A stretch of 64,000 nucleotides of DNA from the NCBI GenBank assembly GCA_963809895.1, contig CAWELD010000010.1, forward strand, positions 1,024,001 through 1,088,000. The letters are read 5' to 3'. Made by a program: the position numbers and the translations under genes. The DNA comes from an uncultured Gemmatimonadales bacterium (GTDB lineage Bacteria > Gemmatimonadota > Gemmatimonadetes > Longimicrobiales > Gaopeijiaceae). The notes under the pieces are model-generated. The model had not been told where the DNA came from and did not search any database. It was given only the letters and a program-made list of their open reading frames with translations. Positions within the stretch are counted from its first letter, which is position 1; the number at the start of each line of letters is the position of its first letter. Positions 28,593-39,067 of the stretch are shown in pieces.

Positions 28593-31197
28593 CACCCGCG
28601 CCCCGGCCGGTGCCGCCACCCTCCGGAACGGCACCGGTATCGGGAGGGGTCGTGTCGGGACGCATGCGAAGACCCGCCGAATCGGGCATGGGGGCCGGCA
28701 CGCTGTCGGTGCGCACCGGGCCGGGCCCGCCTCCGTTCAACGGCAGGCGCACCCGGGTGCGCACCCGGGCCTCGTCGCTGCCCCGGAGGGCGTCGGGCAT
28801 GAGGCCGGCGGGTCGTTGGAACGGTTCCCGCCCGATCCCGGGCAGGAGCCAGGGCCGCAGAAGCCTCTCGATCACCGTGAGCTCGACGGGGGTCGCGCCG
28901 GCGCCGGTGGTGATTCCCACCGCCACCGTGTCGCCCGGGGTGCCCCAGTGCAGGAGGGTGCGCACCGGCCCGCCCGCCGAGTCCGCCGGCGGAGGCACGG
29001 GCACGCCGTTCACCGACACGAACGCGGCCTGGCTGCCTTCCTCGAGCTCCAGGACGAGCACTTCCGCGCCGATTCCCGAGGCCACCCCCACCACCAGTTC
29101 GCCCACCGAAGCCGCGCTGTCGGTACGGGAGACGATGGCCGGGGGGGGCGCCTGTAGCGCGGGGCCGGGGCCGGTGTGGAAGCGGCCGCGCAGGAGGAAG
29201 CCCGCAAGCGAATCCTGCTGCACCAGCTCTCCCACCGCGCTCTGGGCCCATTCCAGGCCCGGATCACGGGATGCCCAGCGGGCCGTGCCCGCTTCCCGGT
29301 CCGCCACGTACAGCAGCGTGGTGGCCTGAGGTCGGGAGGGGCTGGGGCCCGCGCGCAGGATGCCGGTGGCCACGGCTCCGCCGGCCACGACCAGCGCGAG
29401 CACGGGCGCCCACCATCGGTTCGGCTCGTCGAGGCTGTCCAGTGCGGGGAGCAGCATCAGCAGGGTGAGCGCGGACAGGGCGCCCACGGCGGCGGCGACC
29501 TGGAATCCGAAGCCTCGCCACACCAGCGCCGTCAGGGGGACCGTCAGGACCATCACCGGCACCGCGAGCAGGAGGGTGAGCACCCACACTGCCAGCGGGT
29601 GCTTGCGGCGCGGGCGGGGCACGGCCACCAGCGCCGTGGCCAGGAGCGCCGCCGCCAGCGGAACCTGGAGGTTGACGGCGCCCAGGGGCACGGTCCAGGT
29701 GAGGGCCACGGTGGCGGCCAGCGGAACCACCAGGGCCCCGACCAGCAACCCACCCAGAGACATGCGGCGGCGGGCGAGGGTGAACAGCGACAGGACCAAC
29801 ACCAGGGCCACGGCCACGACCCCCAGCACATAGGGTCCCTCGCCGTAGAACGAGCCGGCGACCAGCGTGCCGTACTCGGCGTGCCGGGGACGGAGCCACT
29901 GGAACAGTCCCCACCCCGCGCCGGCGGCTCCCGCCACGGCCACGAGCCCGAGAACGAGCCCCGTGACCATCTCGCGCCAGGCCGCGCCTCGCGCCCGGGC
30001 CAGCGCGGCCACGGCGAGCAGCAGCACGGCCAGCCCCACGGTGATGGGAAGCGACCATCCGCCGGGGTAGTCCACCAGGCCCAGGAACGGCACCGTGAAG
30101 TAGGCTCGATCCGGTGCGTCGACGTCGGACAGGTCGTCGTCGCCCAGGGCCCGCGTCAGAGCCAGCACCTGCAAGCCGTGGTGTTCCAGCGTGCCCTCGC
30201 TGACGTTCTCGGGCACGTCGGTGGCCTGATGGTAGATCTCGGGGCTGCCGATGGCGGCGAAGTTGAGTCCCTGCACACCGGACTCCCTCAGCGGCGTGAA
30301 GTCCGTGTCGTTCGGCATACGCCGATACAGGGCCACCGTCAGGGAGTTGGCGAAGGGACGGGGATCGGCGCCGGCCAGCGCCTGGATGATCCACCCGTTG
30401 TCGGCGCCGGTCTCGAACATGATGGACGGGCCCGATCCCCCGCGCATCTCGACGGACAACGCGACGGAGACATCGGCCAGCCAGGGGTCGTCCCGTACGA
30501 AGGCCCGCGATCCGAGCAGGCCCAGCTCCTCGCCGTCGGTGATCAGGATGATCAGGTCGTTCCGGAGCGGCGGACCGGCCTGCATGGCCCGCAGCGTTTC
30601 CAGGATGGTGGCCACGCCCATGCCGTCGTCGCCGGCGCCGTGGGACAGCGGCACGGCGTCGTAGTGGGCCGTCAGCAGGACGGCACCGGTGGACGACGTG
30701 CCTGGCACCCGGGCCACGATGTCGTGCACCACCGCCGAGTGGACGGCGCCCCCCCGACGCACCACCGAGGTGGCGGAGTCGACCCGGGGATCGAGGCCCA
30801 GGGTGCGCAGGCGATCCACGATGAGCTCGCGCACGCGAGCGTTCTCCGGCGAGCCCGTGGGGTGGGGCGCCCGGGCGATCTCCACCAGCTCGGCCATGGC
30901 GCGTCCCGACGAGAACACCGAGTCGGGAGCGTTGGCCGCCACCGGGGCCGGCACCGCCCGGCCCGGGCTCGACATCCACGCGGCTACCAACAGGACGACC
31001 AGCGTCACGGCTCCACGCCACGGGCTCCGCGCTTCCGGGGGAGGGGCCGCGGGCGCGGGTCGAGGGGGCTCGGACCCGGGAGGCGGCGTGGCCTCGCCGG
31101 AGGCCTCGTCGGCCCCGGGCTCCTCTTCGGAGAGCCCGGCGATTCCCAACTCCTCGTCGGATGGAAGCTCGGGAATCTTGTAGTCGTCGCTGCTCAT
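28579..31197 (-). CDS. M28-family metallopeptidase with multi-pass membrane domain
   Basis: HPTGS, AHYDAV, GAGDDGMG, DGEELGLLG, NDTDF, YHQATD, followed by many TM segments. Confidence 0.92.
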   Translation of the reverse strand: MSSDDYKIPELPSDEELGIAGLSEEEPGADEASGEATPPPGSEPPRPAPAAPPPEARSPWRGAVTLVVLLVAAWMSSPGRAVPAPVAANAPDSVFSSGRAMAELVEIARAPHPTGSPENARVRELIVDRLRTLGLDPRVDSATSVVRRGGAVHSAVVHDIVARVPGTSSTGAVLLTAHYDAVPLSHGAGDDGMGVATILETLRAMQAGPPLRNDLIILITDGEELGLLGSRAFVRDDPWLADVSVALSVEMRGGSGPSIMFETGADNGWIIQALAGADPRPFANSLTVALYRRMPNDTDFTPLRESGVQGLNFAAIGSPEIYHQATDVPENVSEGTLEHHGLQVLALTRALGDDDLSDVDAPDRAYFTVPFLGLVDYPGGWSLPITVGLAVLLLAVAALARARGAAWREMVTGLVLGLVAVAGAAGAGWGLFQWLRPRHAEYGTLVAGSFYGEGPYVLGVVAVALVLVLSLFTLARRRMSLGGLLVGALVVPLAATVALTWTVPLGAVNLQVPLAAALLATALVAVPRPRRKHPLAVWVLTLLLAVPVMVLTVPLTALVWRGFGFQVAAAVGALSALTLLMLLPALDSLDEPNRWWAPVLALVVAGGAVATGILRAGPSPSRPQATTLLYVADREAGTARWASRDPGLEWAQSAVGELVQQDSLAGFLLRGRFHTGPGPALQAPPPAIVSRTDSAASVGELVVGVASGIGAEVLVLELEEGSQAAFVSVNGVPVPPPADSAGGPVRTLLHWGTPGDTVAVGITTGAGATPVELTVIERLLRPWLLPGIGREPFQRPAGLMPDALRGSDEARVRTRVRLPLNGGGPGPVRTDSVPAPMPDSAGLRMRPDTTPPDTGAVPEGGGTGRGAGATAR

Positions 31198-31430
31198 GGC
31201 CTGGGGTGGTGGCGGGGCGAGAGGGTCGGCACAGGTCCCTACGGATCATCCATGCGAATGGTGCCGACGCCGGGGTCGGGACGCCAGGGGAGCGGCCTCC
31301 TCTGCGGGCGACCTTCGGCCCGCCGTTCCGTCCGAGTCCGCGCCGTCGCCCGACCGCCTTTGACAATTGAGGTCGGTATGCGCGTATTGGGGGGTCCTCC
31401 AGACGTGGTTTCTTCGCAACTCCCGGTGGT

Positions 31431-33662
31431 ATGCGCCCCTTTCGCACACTCGTGGTCGTCGCCTGGACGGCGCTCCTGCTTCAACTCGCCGCGGGCGAGC
31501 TGGAGGCGTCGTCCGCCCCGCGACTCGTGGCCGGATCCGACACCCTGGCCGCACTCCGCATCGATCCGGACCTCGAGGGTGGGGTCCACGTCGACGGCTT
31601 GCTGTCGGAGCCCTTCTGGCAACGGGCGGCGGTGATCGACGGCTTCATGCAGAGGGAGCCCGAGGAAGGGGTGCCGGCCACGGAGACCACCGAGGTGCGA
31701 GTGGTCTACGACGACGATGCCCTCTATGTGGGGATCGTCGCCCGTGACTCGGAGCCCCAACGCATCGTCGCTCGATTGCTCCAGCGGGACCGCATCCTGT
31801 CCCGCGGAGGGTTCGGGGGATTCAGCTTCGCCGGCGACGACGCCGTGGCTCTTCTCCTCGATCCCTTCCACGATCACCGCAACGGCGTCGTGCTGGCCAC
31901 CAATCCCAACGGAGCCCAGTACGATGCCCTGGTCTCCGACGAGGGCTCGGAGATCAACACCGACTGGCGGGGGGTGTGGGAGGTGCGGGCGCAGCGCATC
32001 CCGGAGGGTTGGAGCGCCGAGTTCGCGATCCCCTGGCGCAGCCTCCGTTATCCCGGAGGCGGGCAGGACGGTGTGTGGGGATTCAACGTCTACCGCATGA
32101 TCCAGCGAAAGAAGGAGGAGGTGCTGTGGCGCGGCTGGGAGCGCGAAGGGGGCGGCTTCCAGCGGGTCAGCCAGGCCGGCCACCTGGCGGGGCTCCACGA
32201 CCTGCCGCGGCCGGGGCTCAACGTCGAGGTCAAGCCGTTCGCGCTGGCCGAGACCACCCGGGCGCGTAGCGAAGTCGGGGACTACTCCAACGACAACCAG
32301 TTCGATGTGGGTCTGGACGTGAAGAGCGAGCTCCGGCCGGGGCTGGTCATGGACCTCACGGCCAATACCGACTTCGCGCAGGTCGAGGTGGACGATCAAC
32401 AGGTCAACCTGACGCGCTTCAACCTCTTCTTTCCCGAGAAGCGGGACTTCTTCCTGGAGAACGCCGGCATCTTCCAGTTCGGCCAGCCCGGCTTCATGGA
32501 GACCCCGCCCTACCTCATGTTCTTCAGCCGGCGCATCGGCATCGGCCCGGAGGGCGAGGTGCCGATCCTCGGCGGGGGTCGGGTCACCGGGCGCGTGGGC
32601 GGTCAGACCGTGGGCGCCATGATGGTGGCCACCGACGATGCGTCGGGGCGGGACAAGGAGCTCTTCAGCGTGGCCCGCATCAAGCGCGACGTGGGCGAGA
32701 GCGACTACCTCGGTGCCATGCTCACCGACCGTCGCGGTGACGGTCCCGGCAATACCGTCGTGGGGTTGGACGGGCAATTCCACCTGCATCCGACGCTGAC
32801 CCTGGCGGGCTTCATGGCCCGAAGCTTCACCGCGGGTGAGGGGGGTGACGGGCTGGCGTACCAGGGTTCACTGGACCTGACCACCGACCTTTGGGGCGGA
32901 TACGCCCAGTTCTTTCGGGTGGACCCCGAGGCCGTGGCACGCTCCGGCTTCATCACCCGCACCGACATCCAGCGGAGCCAGCTCTTCCTGCGTCGGCGGC
33001 TCAGGCCTGCTGGACTCGGCCTGCGGCTGGTGGACTTCCGGCTGAGCGGATCCTACCAGAGTCACACCGACGGCCGCTTCCAGGACTACAGCCTCGGAGC
33101 CACCGCGGCCCCCACCTGGAACGCCGGCGACAACGTCTCGTTGGCCTACACCGCGGGTGAGACGCGCGTGGACGATCCCTTTCCCCTGGCCGACTCCCTG
33201 CCCGTGCCCGCGGGACGCTACGCCACGGACAACTGGTCGGCGTCGGCGAGCTCCAGCAGCGCCCGCCCCTGGGTGGTGAGCGGGAACTTGCGTGGTGCCG
33301 ACTTCTACGGCGGCGATCTCCTGGCCTGGGGCGGGAGCCTCTCGGTCACCCCCACGCCCTCGCTATCACTCACCGGGAGCTTCAGCCGGAACGACGTCTC
33401 CATTCCGTCGGGGTCGTTCACCGCCGACATCGTGACGCTGCGAGGGATCTGGGCGCTGTCCACCCGGGTGACCACGAACGCGCTGGTCCAGTACAACCGT
33501 CTGACGGAAGATCTGATCACCAACGTCCGCTTCAACTTCATTCACCGGCCCGGAAGCGACCTCTACGTGGTCTTCACCGAGGCGCGGGGCGTGGAGGGCG
33601 ATCTCTGGACGCTGGGGGATCGCGGGCTGGTGGTGAAGCTGACCTGGCTGCAGCGCTTCTGA
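31431..33662 (+). CDS. CBM9-like / DUF5916 outer-membrane protein
   Basis: VDGLLSEPFW, TEVRVVYDDDALYVG, WSAEFAIPW, NTDFAQVEVD, FFPEKRDFFLE; C-terminal Phe. Confidence 0.85.
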   Translation: MRPFRTLVVVAWTALLLQLAAGELEASSAPRLVAGSDTLAALRIDPDLEGGVHVDGLLSEPFWQRAAVIDGFMQREPEEGVPATETTEVRVVYDDDALYVGIVARDSEPQRIVARLLQRDRILSRGGFGGFSFAGDDAVALLLDPFHDHRNGVVLATNPNGAQYDALVSDEGSEINTDWRGVWEVRAQRIPEGWSAEFAIPWRSLRYPGGGQDGVWGFNVYRMIQRKKEEVLWRGWEREGGGFQRVSQAGHLAGLHDLPRPGLNVEVKPFALAETTRARSEVGDYSNDNQFDVGLDVKSELRPGLVMDLTANTDFAQVEVDDQQVNLTRFNLFFPEKRDFFLENAGIFQFGQPGFMETPPYLMFFSRRIGIGPEGEVPILGGGRVTGRVGGQTVGAMMVATDDASGRDKELFSVARIKRDVGESDYLGAMLTDRRGDGPGNTVVGLDGQFHLHPTLTLAGFMARSFTAGEGGDGLAYQGSLDLTTDLWGGYAQFFRVDPEAVARSGFITRTDIQRSQLFLRRRLRPAGLGLRLVDFRLSGSYQSHTDGRFQDYSLGATAAPTWNAGDNVSLAYTAGETRVDDPFPLADSLPVPAGRYATDNWSASASSSSARPWVVSGNLRGADFYGGDLLAWGGSLSVTPTPSLSLTGSFSRNDVSIPSGSFTADIVTLRGIWALSTRVTTNALVQYNRLTEDLITNVRFNFIHRPGSDLYVVFTEARGVEGDLWTLGDRGLVVKLTWLQRF

Positions 33663-33674
33663 GCCCGCCGGGTT

Positions 33675-33866
33675 TCAGCCGACGCGCCCGTCTCCGTCCA
33701 GGTCCTCGCCGAACCGCGTCTCCAGGGCCTTCAACAACTGCATCAGGGCCTGATTCGTGCGCGTCAGCTCGTCCTCGAGCTCGGCCACACGGTATTCGAG
33801 TGACGCGGCGCGGTCTCGTGTCTCGTTGATCTGTCCGTGTTGGATCAGGTCCCAGATCAGGCCCAT
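33675..33866 (-). CDS. Small coiled-coil hypothetical protein ending in DLDGDGRVG
   Basis: GGAGG RBS; heptad pattern LEYRVAELEDEL. Confidence 0.7.
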   Translation of the reverse strand: MGLIWDLIQHGQINETRDRAASLEYRVAELEDELTRTNQALMQLLKALETRFGEDLDGDGRVG

Positions 33867-33969
33867 GGCTCGCCTCCGGTGGGGAAGGTTCGTAATACGA
33901 TCGGTCGTGCACTTCCGGTACGGGCGTCGCGCCTGGATTCATCGGTGGTGCGACTGCCCCGGCGCTTCC

Positions 33970-34344
33970 TCACAGCTGGGCGATGGCCATGCGCACCGGC
34001 TCCGCGCTGCGCACCGTGGTGGCGTGGCCCCGACCGGTGACGTCCTCCAGGAAGAGCACGTCACCACGACGGAAGGTGCGCACTTCACCGTCGCTCACCT
34101 GGATCTCGATCTCTCCGGACAGGAAGGCCACCCACTGACGGGTCGGTGTGGGATGCCAGTCGCCGAACCAGCCCCCCGGGGCCGTGACGAACGCGAAGCG
34201 CGAGACAGGCGTGAAGACGGACAGGTGGAGGGGGGGCGCTGGAGGTGCGAACACCGAGGGCTCGAGGAGCGAGTCCACCTCCTGGAAGTGCGACTCGCCT
34301 GCGGCGTCGGCGAACACGCGCAGGTAGCTGGCGATCTCTGCCAT
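33970..34344 (-). CDS. Cupin-domain protein
   Basis: ADAAGESHF, WHPTPTRQ, GDVLFLEDVTGRGH. Confidence 0.85.
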   Translation of the reverse strand: MAEIASYLRVFADAAGESHFQEVDSLLEPSVFAPPAPPLHLSVFTPVSRFAFVTAPGGWFGDWHPTPTRQWVAFLSGEIEIQVSDGEVRTFRRGDVLFLEDVTGRGHATTVRSAEPVRMAIAQL

Positions 34345-34561
34345 TCCATCTCCGTGCGGGAAGGTATCGGGAGCGGGCGCTGACGAAACCGCGCATCCTG
34401 CCTCAGCGCCTGGAAATACGGCCTCGCAGCCGGCTATGGAAGGGGTGAGCGTCGGGAAGTCCCCCACAGTCGTCCACGAAGCGCTCCCCGCAGCATCGCC
34501 GGGGGCTCCTGGGGAGATTTGAAGCGTCGGGACCTGTGGACCCTGACTTCGAGACGATTTC

Positions 34562-36247
34562 ATGACCGTGGGACTTCCCGCGGTGGAGCATAGACCGGGC
34601 CTCTTCCTGGGTGACGAGGCCGTCGCCCTGGGCGCGCTGCACGCGGGCATCTCCGCCGCCTACGCATATCCTGGCACACCATCCACCGAGATCTTCGAGT
34701 TCCTGTCGGCCGCCGCCAGGCACGACTCGAAGGTTGCCGCGCACTGGTGCGCCAACGAGAAGACCGCCCTGGAGCAGGCGCTGGGCGTGTCCATGATGAA
34801 CCGGCGGGTCCTCGTGTCCATGAAGCACGTGGGCCTGAACGTGGCCATGGATCCGTTCGTAAACGCCGCCCTCGTGGGAATCCGCGGCGGTCTGGTCCTG
34901 GCCGTGGCCGACGACCCGGGCATGCATTCATCGCAGAACGAGCAGGACAGCCGGATCCTGGCGGACTTCGCCCGCATTCCGATCCTGGAGCCCGCCGACC
35001 AGCAGGAGGCCTACGACATGACACGGGAGGCCTTCGAGCTGTCGGAGCGCTTCCAGGTGCCCGTGCTCGTTCGACTGGTCACCCGCCTCTGCCACAGCCG
35101 GGCCGCCCTCGAGACGGCTGCGCCCGCCCAGCAGCGACCTGCGGGCAAGGCGTCGGATCCTTCGGACTGGATCCTGCTGCCCGCGAACGCGCGCCGGCTG
35201 TGGAGGAACCACCTGGAGAAGCAGGAGGACCTTCTGGCGTGGTCGGAGGCCAGTGGCCACAACCGCGTCGAGCACGGCGGGGGCGAGGAGCTCGTCCCGC
35301 TCGGGGTGGTGACCACGGGGATCGCCCGGGGCTACCTCCTGGAGAACCTGTCCGACCTGACGGATCCGTACCTGCACCTCCACGTGGGCGCGTATCCGCT
35401 GCCGGTGGAGCGCATCCGGTCGTTCGCGGGCAGGGTCGAGCGCATCCTGGTGCTGGAGGAGGGATACCCGCACCTCGAGCGCCTGCTGCGCGGAATCCTG
35501 CCGACGACGGCGGAGGTGCGTGGACGCATGTCCGGTCATCTGCCCGCCGACGGCGAGCTGACGCCCGACACCGTGCGCCTGGGTCTGGGACTGGAGCCGA
35601 GGCCGGCCCAGAGCTACGGCGGCCCGGGGATTCCCGCACGTCCGCCCCAGCTCTGCCAGGGCTGTCCTCACCGGGACTCCTACGGCGCGGTGCTGGAAGC
35701 CATCCAGGACTTCGAGACCCCCGTGGTGACCGGCGACATCGGATGCTACACGCTGGGGGCGCTGTCGCCGTTCCGCGCCATCGAGTCGTGTGTGTGCATG
35801 GGTGCCAGCATCGGCATGGCCAAGGGCGTGTCCGATGCCGGTGTTCGTCCCGTGCTGGCCGTGATCGGCGATTCCACCTTCCTGCATTCGGGGGTCACCG
35901 CCCTCATGGACGCCGCGGCCCGCGACACCGATATGACCGTCCTCATCCTGGACAACGAGACGGTGGGCATGACGGGCCAGCAGGACACGGTGCTCCCGGA
36001 TTCCCGGATTCTCCCCATCGTGCTGGCGTTGGGAGTGGATCCCGCCCACGTGCACCAGGCCGAGGCCCATCCGCGCAAGACACAGGAGATGGCGGCCCTG
36101 CTCCGGAGAGAGATGGACCACCCGGGGCTGTCCGTGATCGTCGGCGTACGGGAGTGCATCGTCGCCGCACGCAAGCGCAAGGCCGAGATGAAACGCGCCG
36201 TCGACCAGCTCGTCGGCGCCGGCACAGCCAAGGAGAAAGAGCGTTGA
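34562..36247 (+). CDS. iorA: Indolepyruvate:ferredoxin oxidoreductase alpha subunit
   Basis: YPGTPSTEI, NEKTALE, MKHVGLNVA, DDPGMHSSQNEQD, RPPQLCQGCPH, GDIGCY, GDSTFLHSG. Confidence 0.94.
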   Translation: MTVGLPAVEHRPGLFLGDEAVALGALHAGISAAYAYPGTPSTEIFEFLSAAARHDSKVAAHWCANEKTALEQALGVSMMNRRVLVSMKHVGLNVAMDPFVNAALVGIRGGLVLAVADDPGMHSSQNEQDSRILADFARIPILEPADQQEAYDMTREAFELSERFQVPVLVRLVTRLCHSRAALETAAPAQQRPAGKASDPSDWILLPANARRLWRNHLEKQEDLLAWSEASGHNRVEHGGGEELVPLGVVTTGIARGYLLENLSDLTDPYLHLHVGAYPLPVERIRSFAGRVERILVLEEGYPHLERLLRGILPTTAEVRGRMSGHLPADGELTPDTVRLGLGLEPRPAQSYGGPGIPARPPQLCQGCPHRDSYGAVLEAIQDFETPVVTGDIGCYTLGALSPFRAIESCVCMGASIGMAKGVSDAGVRPVLAVIGDSTFLHSGVTALMDAAARDTDMTVLILDNETVGMTGQQDTVLPDSRILPIVLALGVDPAHVHQAEAHPRKTQEMAALLRREMDHPGLSVIVGVRECIVAARKRKAEMKRAVDQLVGAGTAKEKER

Positions 36248-36834
36248 AGACCGATGTGATCCTCGCCGGGGTGGGCGGCCAGGGCGTGTTGTCCGCCGCG
36301 GCCATCCTGGCCGAGACCGGGCTCCGTCAGGGGCTCCACGTGCGCCAGGGTGAGCTGCACGGCATGGCCCAGCGCGGCGGCGCCGTGCAGGCCTCGCTTC
36401 GCCTCTCGGACGAGGGCATTCCCAGCGACCTGGTGCCCCGGGGCGCCGCGACGCTGCTCCTGAGCATGGAGCCCCTGGAGGCGCTGCGATACGTGGATTG
36501 GCTGGCTCCCGACGGCGTTGTGCTGGCCGCGGCGGAGGCCTTCGAGAACATCCCGGACTATCCGTCGCTGGACGACGTGCACGCGCGCATCCGGACGCTT
36601 CCCGACGCCAGACTGGTCGAGGCGGGGCGGTTGGCGCGGGAGGCAGGCAACGCGCGTTCGGCGAACGTGGCCATGATCGGCGCCGCCATGCCCTTCCTGC
36701 CGCTGGACCCGACGCTGCTCCAGCGGGTGATCCGTGAGGCCTTCGCCGGCCGCGGTCCTCGGGTCGTGGAGGCGAACGTGGCCGCGTTCCTGGCCGGCAT
36801 GGACGCCGTGGCACCCGCGGCCGCGGTGGTGTGA
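36244..36834 (+). CDS. iorB: Indolepyruvate oxidoreductase beta subunit
   Basis: TTG start overlapping the iorA stop; AGVGGQG, ELHGMAQRGGAV, EPLEALR. Confidence 0.92.
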   Translation: MKTDVILAGVGGQGVLSAAAILAETGLRQGLHVRQGELHGMAQRGGAVQASLRLSDEGIPSDLVPRGAATLLLSMEPLEALRYVDWLAPDGVVLAAAEAFENIPDYPSLDDVHARIRTLPDARLVEAGRLAREAGNARSANVAMIGAAMPFLPLDPTLLQRVIREAFAGRGPRVVEANVAAFLAGMDAVAPAAAVV

Positions 36835-36835
36835 C

Positions 36836-39067
36836 ATGGCCGACGGCACGCTGATGGCGGCGCCGTCCGGCTCCCACATCGGGCCCACCGAGCTGATCGA
36901 ACGGGTCCGCGCACAGGGTCGGGCCGTCCTGGTCGAGGACGAAGCGCTCCTGCTGGCTGCCGGCCTGGGCCTGCGGACCCCGCGTCATCGGTCGGTGGTC
37001 GACGCCGCCGAGGCCCGGAGCCTGGAGCTCGCGAGCTTTCCCGGTAGCCACGTGGTCGTGAAGGTCCTGTCACCCCGCGTGCTCCACCGCAGCGACGTGG
37101 GAGCTGTACGGGTGGTGCCTCGTTGGGCCGACGAGGTCGCGTCGGCGGTGGCCGATCTGGAGCGCACCTTCGGCGGCGACGACGTGCGCTATCTCGTCGA
37201 GGAGCGGGTGGTGCGTGAAGCCCGTCCCGGAGACGAGCTTCTCCTGGGCATGCGCGTCACGCGGGAATTCGGACCCGTGGTCACCGTCGCTCCCGGAGGC
37301 CTGTTGGCCGAGACGCTCGCTCCGGCGCTGCGTCCCGACCAGGGGCCCGTCGTGTGGGCTCCGGACCTCGATCTGGAAGGCGCGCTCCGGCGCGAGCTGT
37401 CGAGGCGCCACTTCCTGGCGCCGGCGGTGGAGGGAGTCCGGGGACAGCCGCCGTTGCTCGGTCTGGACGCACTCGAGGCACTCGTGCGTCGCTTCGGCCA
37501 CCTCGCGCGGGAGCTGATGGCTGCGGGCGTGGGCGAGCTGGAGTTCAATCCCGTGCTCCTCACGCCCGAGGGTCCGTGGGCCGTGGACGGACTGGGGCGG
37601 CTCGGTGAGCCGGGAATTCTCGAGGAGGCTCGCCCGCCGCGGCCCGGGGCCGCAATCGGCGCCCTGCTGCGTCCGCGCTCCATCGCAGTCATGGGGGTCT
37701 CGGAGCGCATGAATCCGGGCCGCGTGATCCTGCGCAACATTCTCGAGGCCGGGTTCGACGCCGGGGCCGTGACCGTGGTGAAGCCGGGGGTCCGGGAGCT
37801 CGACGGCTGCCGATGCGTGGCCACGCTCTCGGACCTCCCGGAGCCTGTCGACCTCCTGGTGGTGAGCCTTGCCGCGGAGCAGGTGCCTCCGGTCCTGGAG
37901 GAGGTCACCGTCCGGGATCTCGCTGCCGCCGTCATCCTGGTCGCCGGCGGCATGGACGTGGACGGCCCCGGCGGCTCCCCGGCCCGGCAGGTCCGCCAGA
38001 TCCTCGACCGGGCACGGGCCAGCGGCGGAGGACCCGTGGTCAACGGTCCCAACTGCCTGGGCATTCGCTCGGTTCCGGGCGGCTACGACACGCTCTTCAT
38101 TCCGCGCCACAAGCTGCGCGTGTCGGACGGGGCGCCGGCGCCTGTCGCGGTGCTCAGCCAGAGCGGGGCGTTCGCCATCGCTCGCATGAGCCGTCTCCGC
38201 AACCTCAATCCGCGCTATGTCGTCACCCTCGGCAACCAGCTGGACCTGACGCTGGCCGACTATCTGGATCACCTCCTGGAGGATCCCGCGGTGGCTGTGG
38301 CCGCCTGCTACGTGGAGGGCTTCGTGCCCGGCGACGGCCGGGCGTTCCTGGCCTCGGCGAGACGGTGGTCGGAGGCCGGACGCCGCGTGCTCCTGTACCG
38401 GGCGGGCCGCAGCGAGGCCGGAGCCCGTGCGGCCGCGTCGCATACCGCCTCGGTGGCCGGGGACTACGCGGTGACCCGGGAGCTCTCCGGACTGGCAGGT
38501 GTCGAGGTCGCCCAGGACATCGAGGAATTCCAGGAACGCATGGCCGTCCTGGCCGCGTGGGCAGGGCGCGGGCCCGGGGGTCACCGGTTGGGCGTCGTCT
38601 CCAACGCCGGCTTCGAATGTGTGGCCATGGCCGACACCCTCGGCGGGCGCGAGCTGGCCGATCTGGCTCCCGCCACCCGGAGTGCGCTCGCGGACCTGCT
38701 GGCGGAAGCGCGCCTCGAGGAGATCGTGGGCGTCGCCAATCCCCTGGACGTCACGCCCATCATGAGTGACGCGGGCTTCGTGGAAGCCGCGCGCCTCGTG
38801 CTGGCCGATCCCGGTGTGGACGTGGGCCTGGTCGGTTGCGTGCCCCTGACGCCGGCCTTGCAGACGCTGGCGGCGTCCGGAGAGCACGCGGAGGACCATG
38901 TCGCCGCCGACTCGGTGGTCTCGGGGCTCGTCCGGTTGTGGAACGAGACGAGCAAGCCCTGGGCGGTGGTGGTGGACTCGGGGCCGGACTACGAGCCCAT
39001 GCGTCAAGCGCTGGAGCGGGCGGGAATCCCCGTACTCCGGAGCGCCAACGCGGCGCACCTCGGCTAA
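36836..39067 (+). CDS. ADP-forming acyl-CoA synthetase, beta(ATP-grasp)-alpha(CoA-binding) fusion
   Basis: VVVKVLS..LHRSDVGAV, ELEFNP, then PRSIAVMGVS, GPNCLG, SQSGA, ASHTAS (phospho-His), NPLD. Confidence 0.9.
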   Translation: MADGTLMAAPSGSHIGPTELIERVRAQGRAVLVEDEALLLAAGLGLRTPRHRSVVDAAEARSLELASFPGSHVVVKVLSPRVLHRSDVGAVRVVPRWADEVASAVADLERTFGGDDVRYLVEERVVREARPGDELLLGMRVTREFGPVVTVAPGGLLAETLAPALRPDQGPVVWAPDLDLEGALRRELSRRHFLAPAVEGVRGQPPLLGLDALEALVRRFGHLARELMAAGVGELEFNPVLLTPEGPWAVDGLGRLGEPGILEEARPPRPGAAIGALLRPRSIAVMGVSERMNPGRVILRNILEAGFDAGAVTVVKPGVRELDGCRCVATLSDLPEPVDLLVVSLAAEQVPPVLEEVTVRDLAAAVILVAGGMDVDGPGGSPARQVRQILDRARASGGGPVVNGPNCLGIRSVPGGYDTLFIPRHKLRVSDGAPAPVAVLSQSGAFAIARMSRLRNLNPRYVVTLGNQLDLTLADYLDHLLEDPAVAVAACYVEGFVPGDGRAFLASARRWSEAGRRVLLYRAGRSEAGARAAASHTASVAGDYAVTRELSGLAGVEVAQDIEEFQERMAVLAAWAGRGPGGHRLGVVSNAGFECVAMADTLGGRELADLAPATRSALADLLAEARLEEIVGVANPLDVTPIMSDAGFVEAARLVLADPGVDVGLVGCVPLTPALQTLAASGEHAEDHVAADSVVSGLVRLWNETSKPWAVVVDSGPDYEPMRQALERAGIPVLRSANAAHLG

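Noticed and set aside
31360..31390. TTGACA upstream of the DUF5916 gene as a promoter
   Set aside because: The -35 is perfect, but there is no convincing -10 at 16-18 nt spacing.
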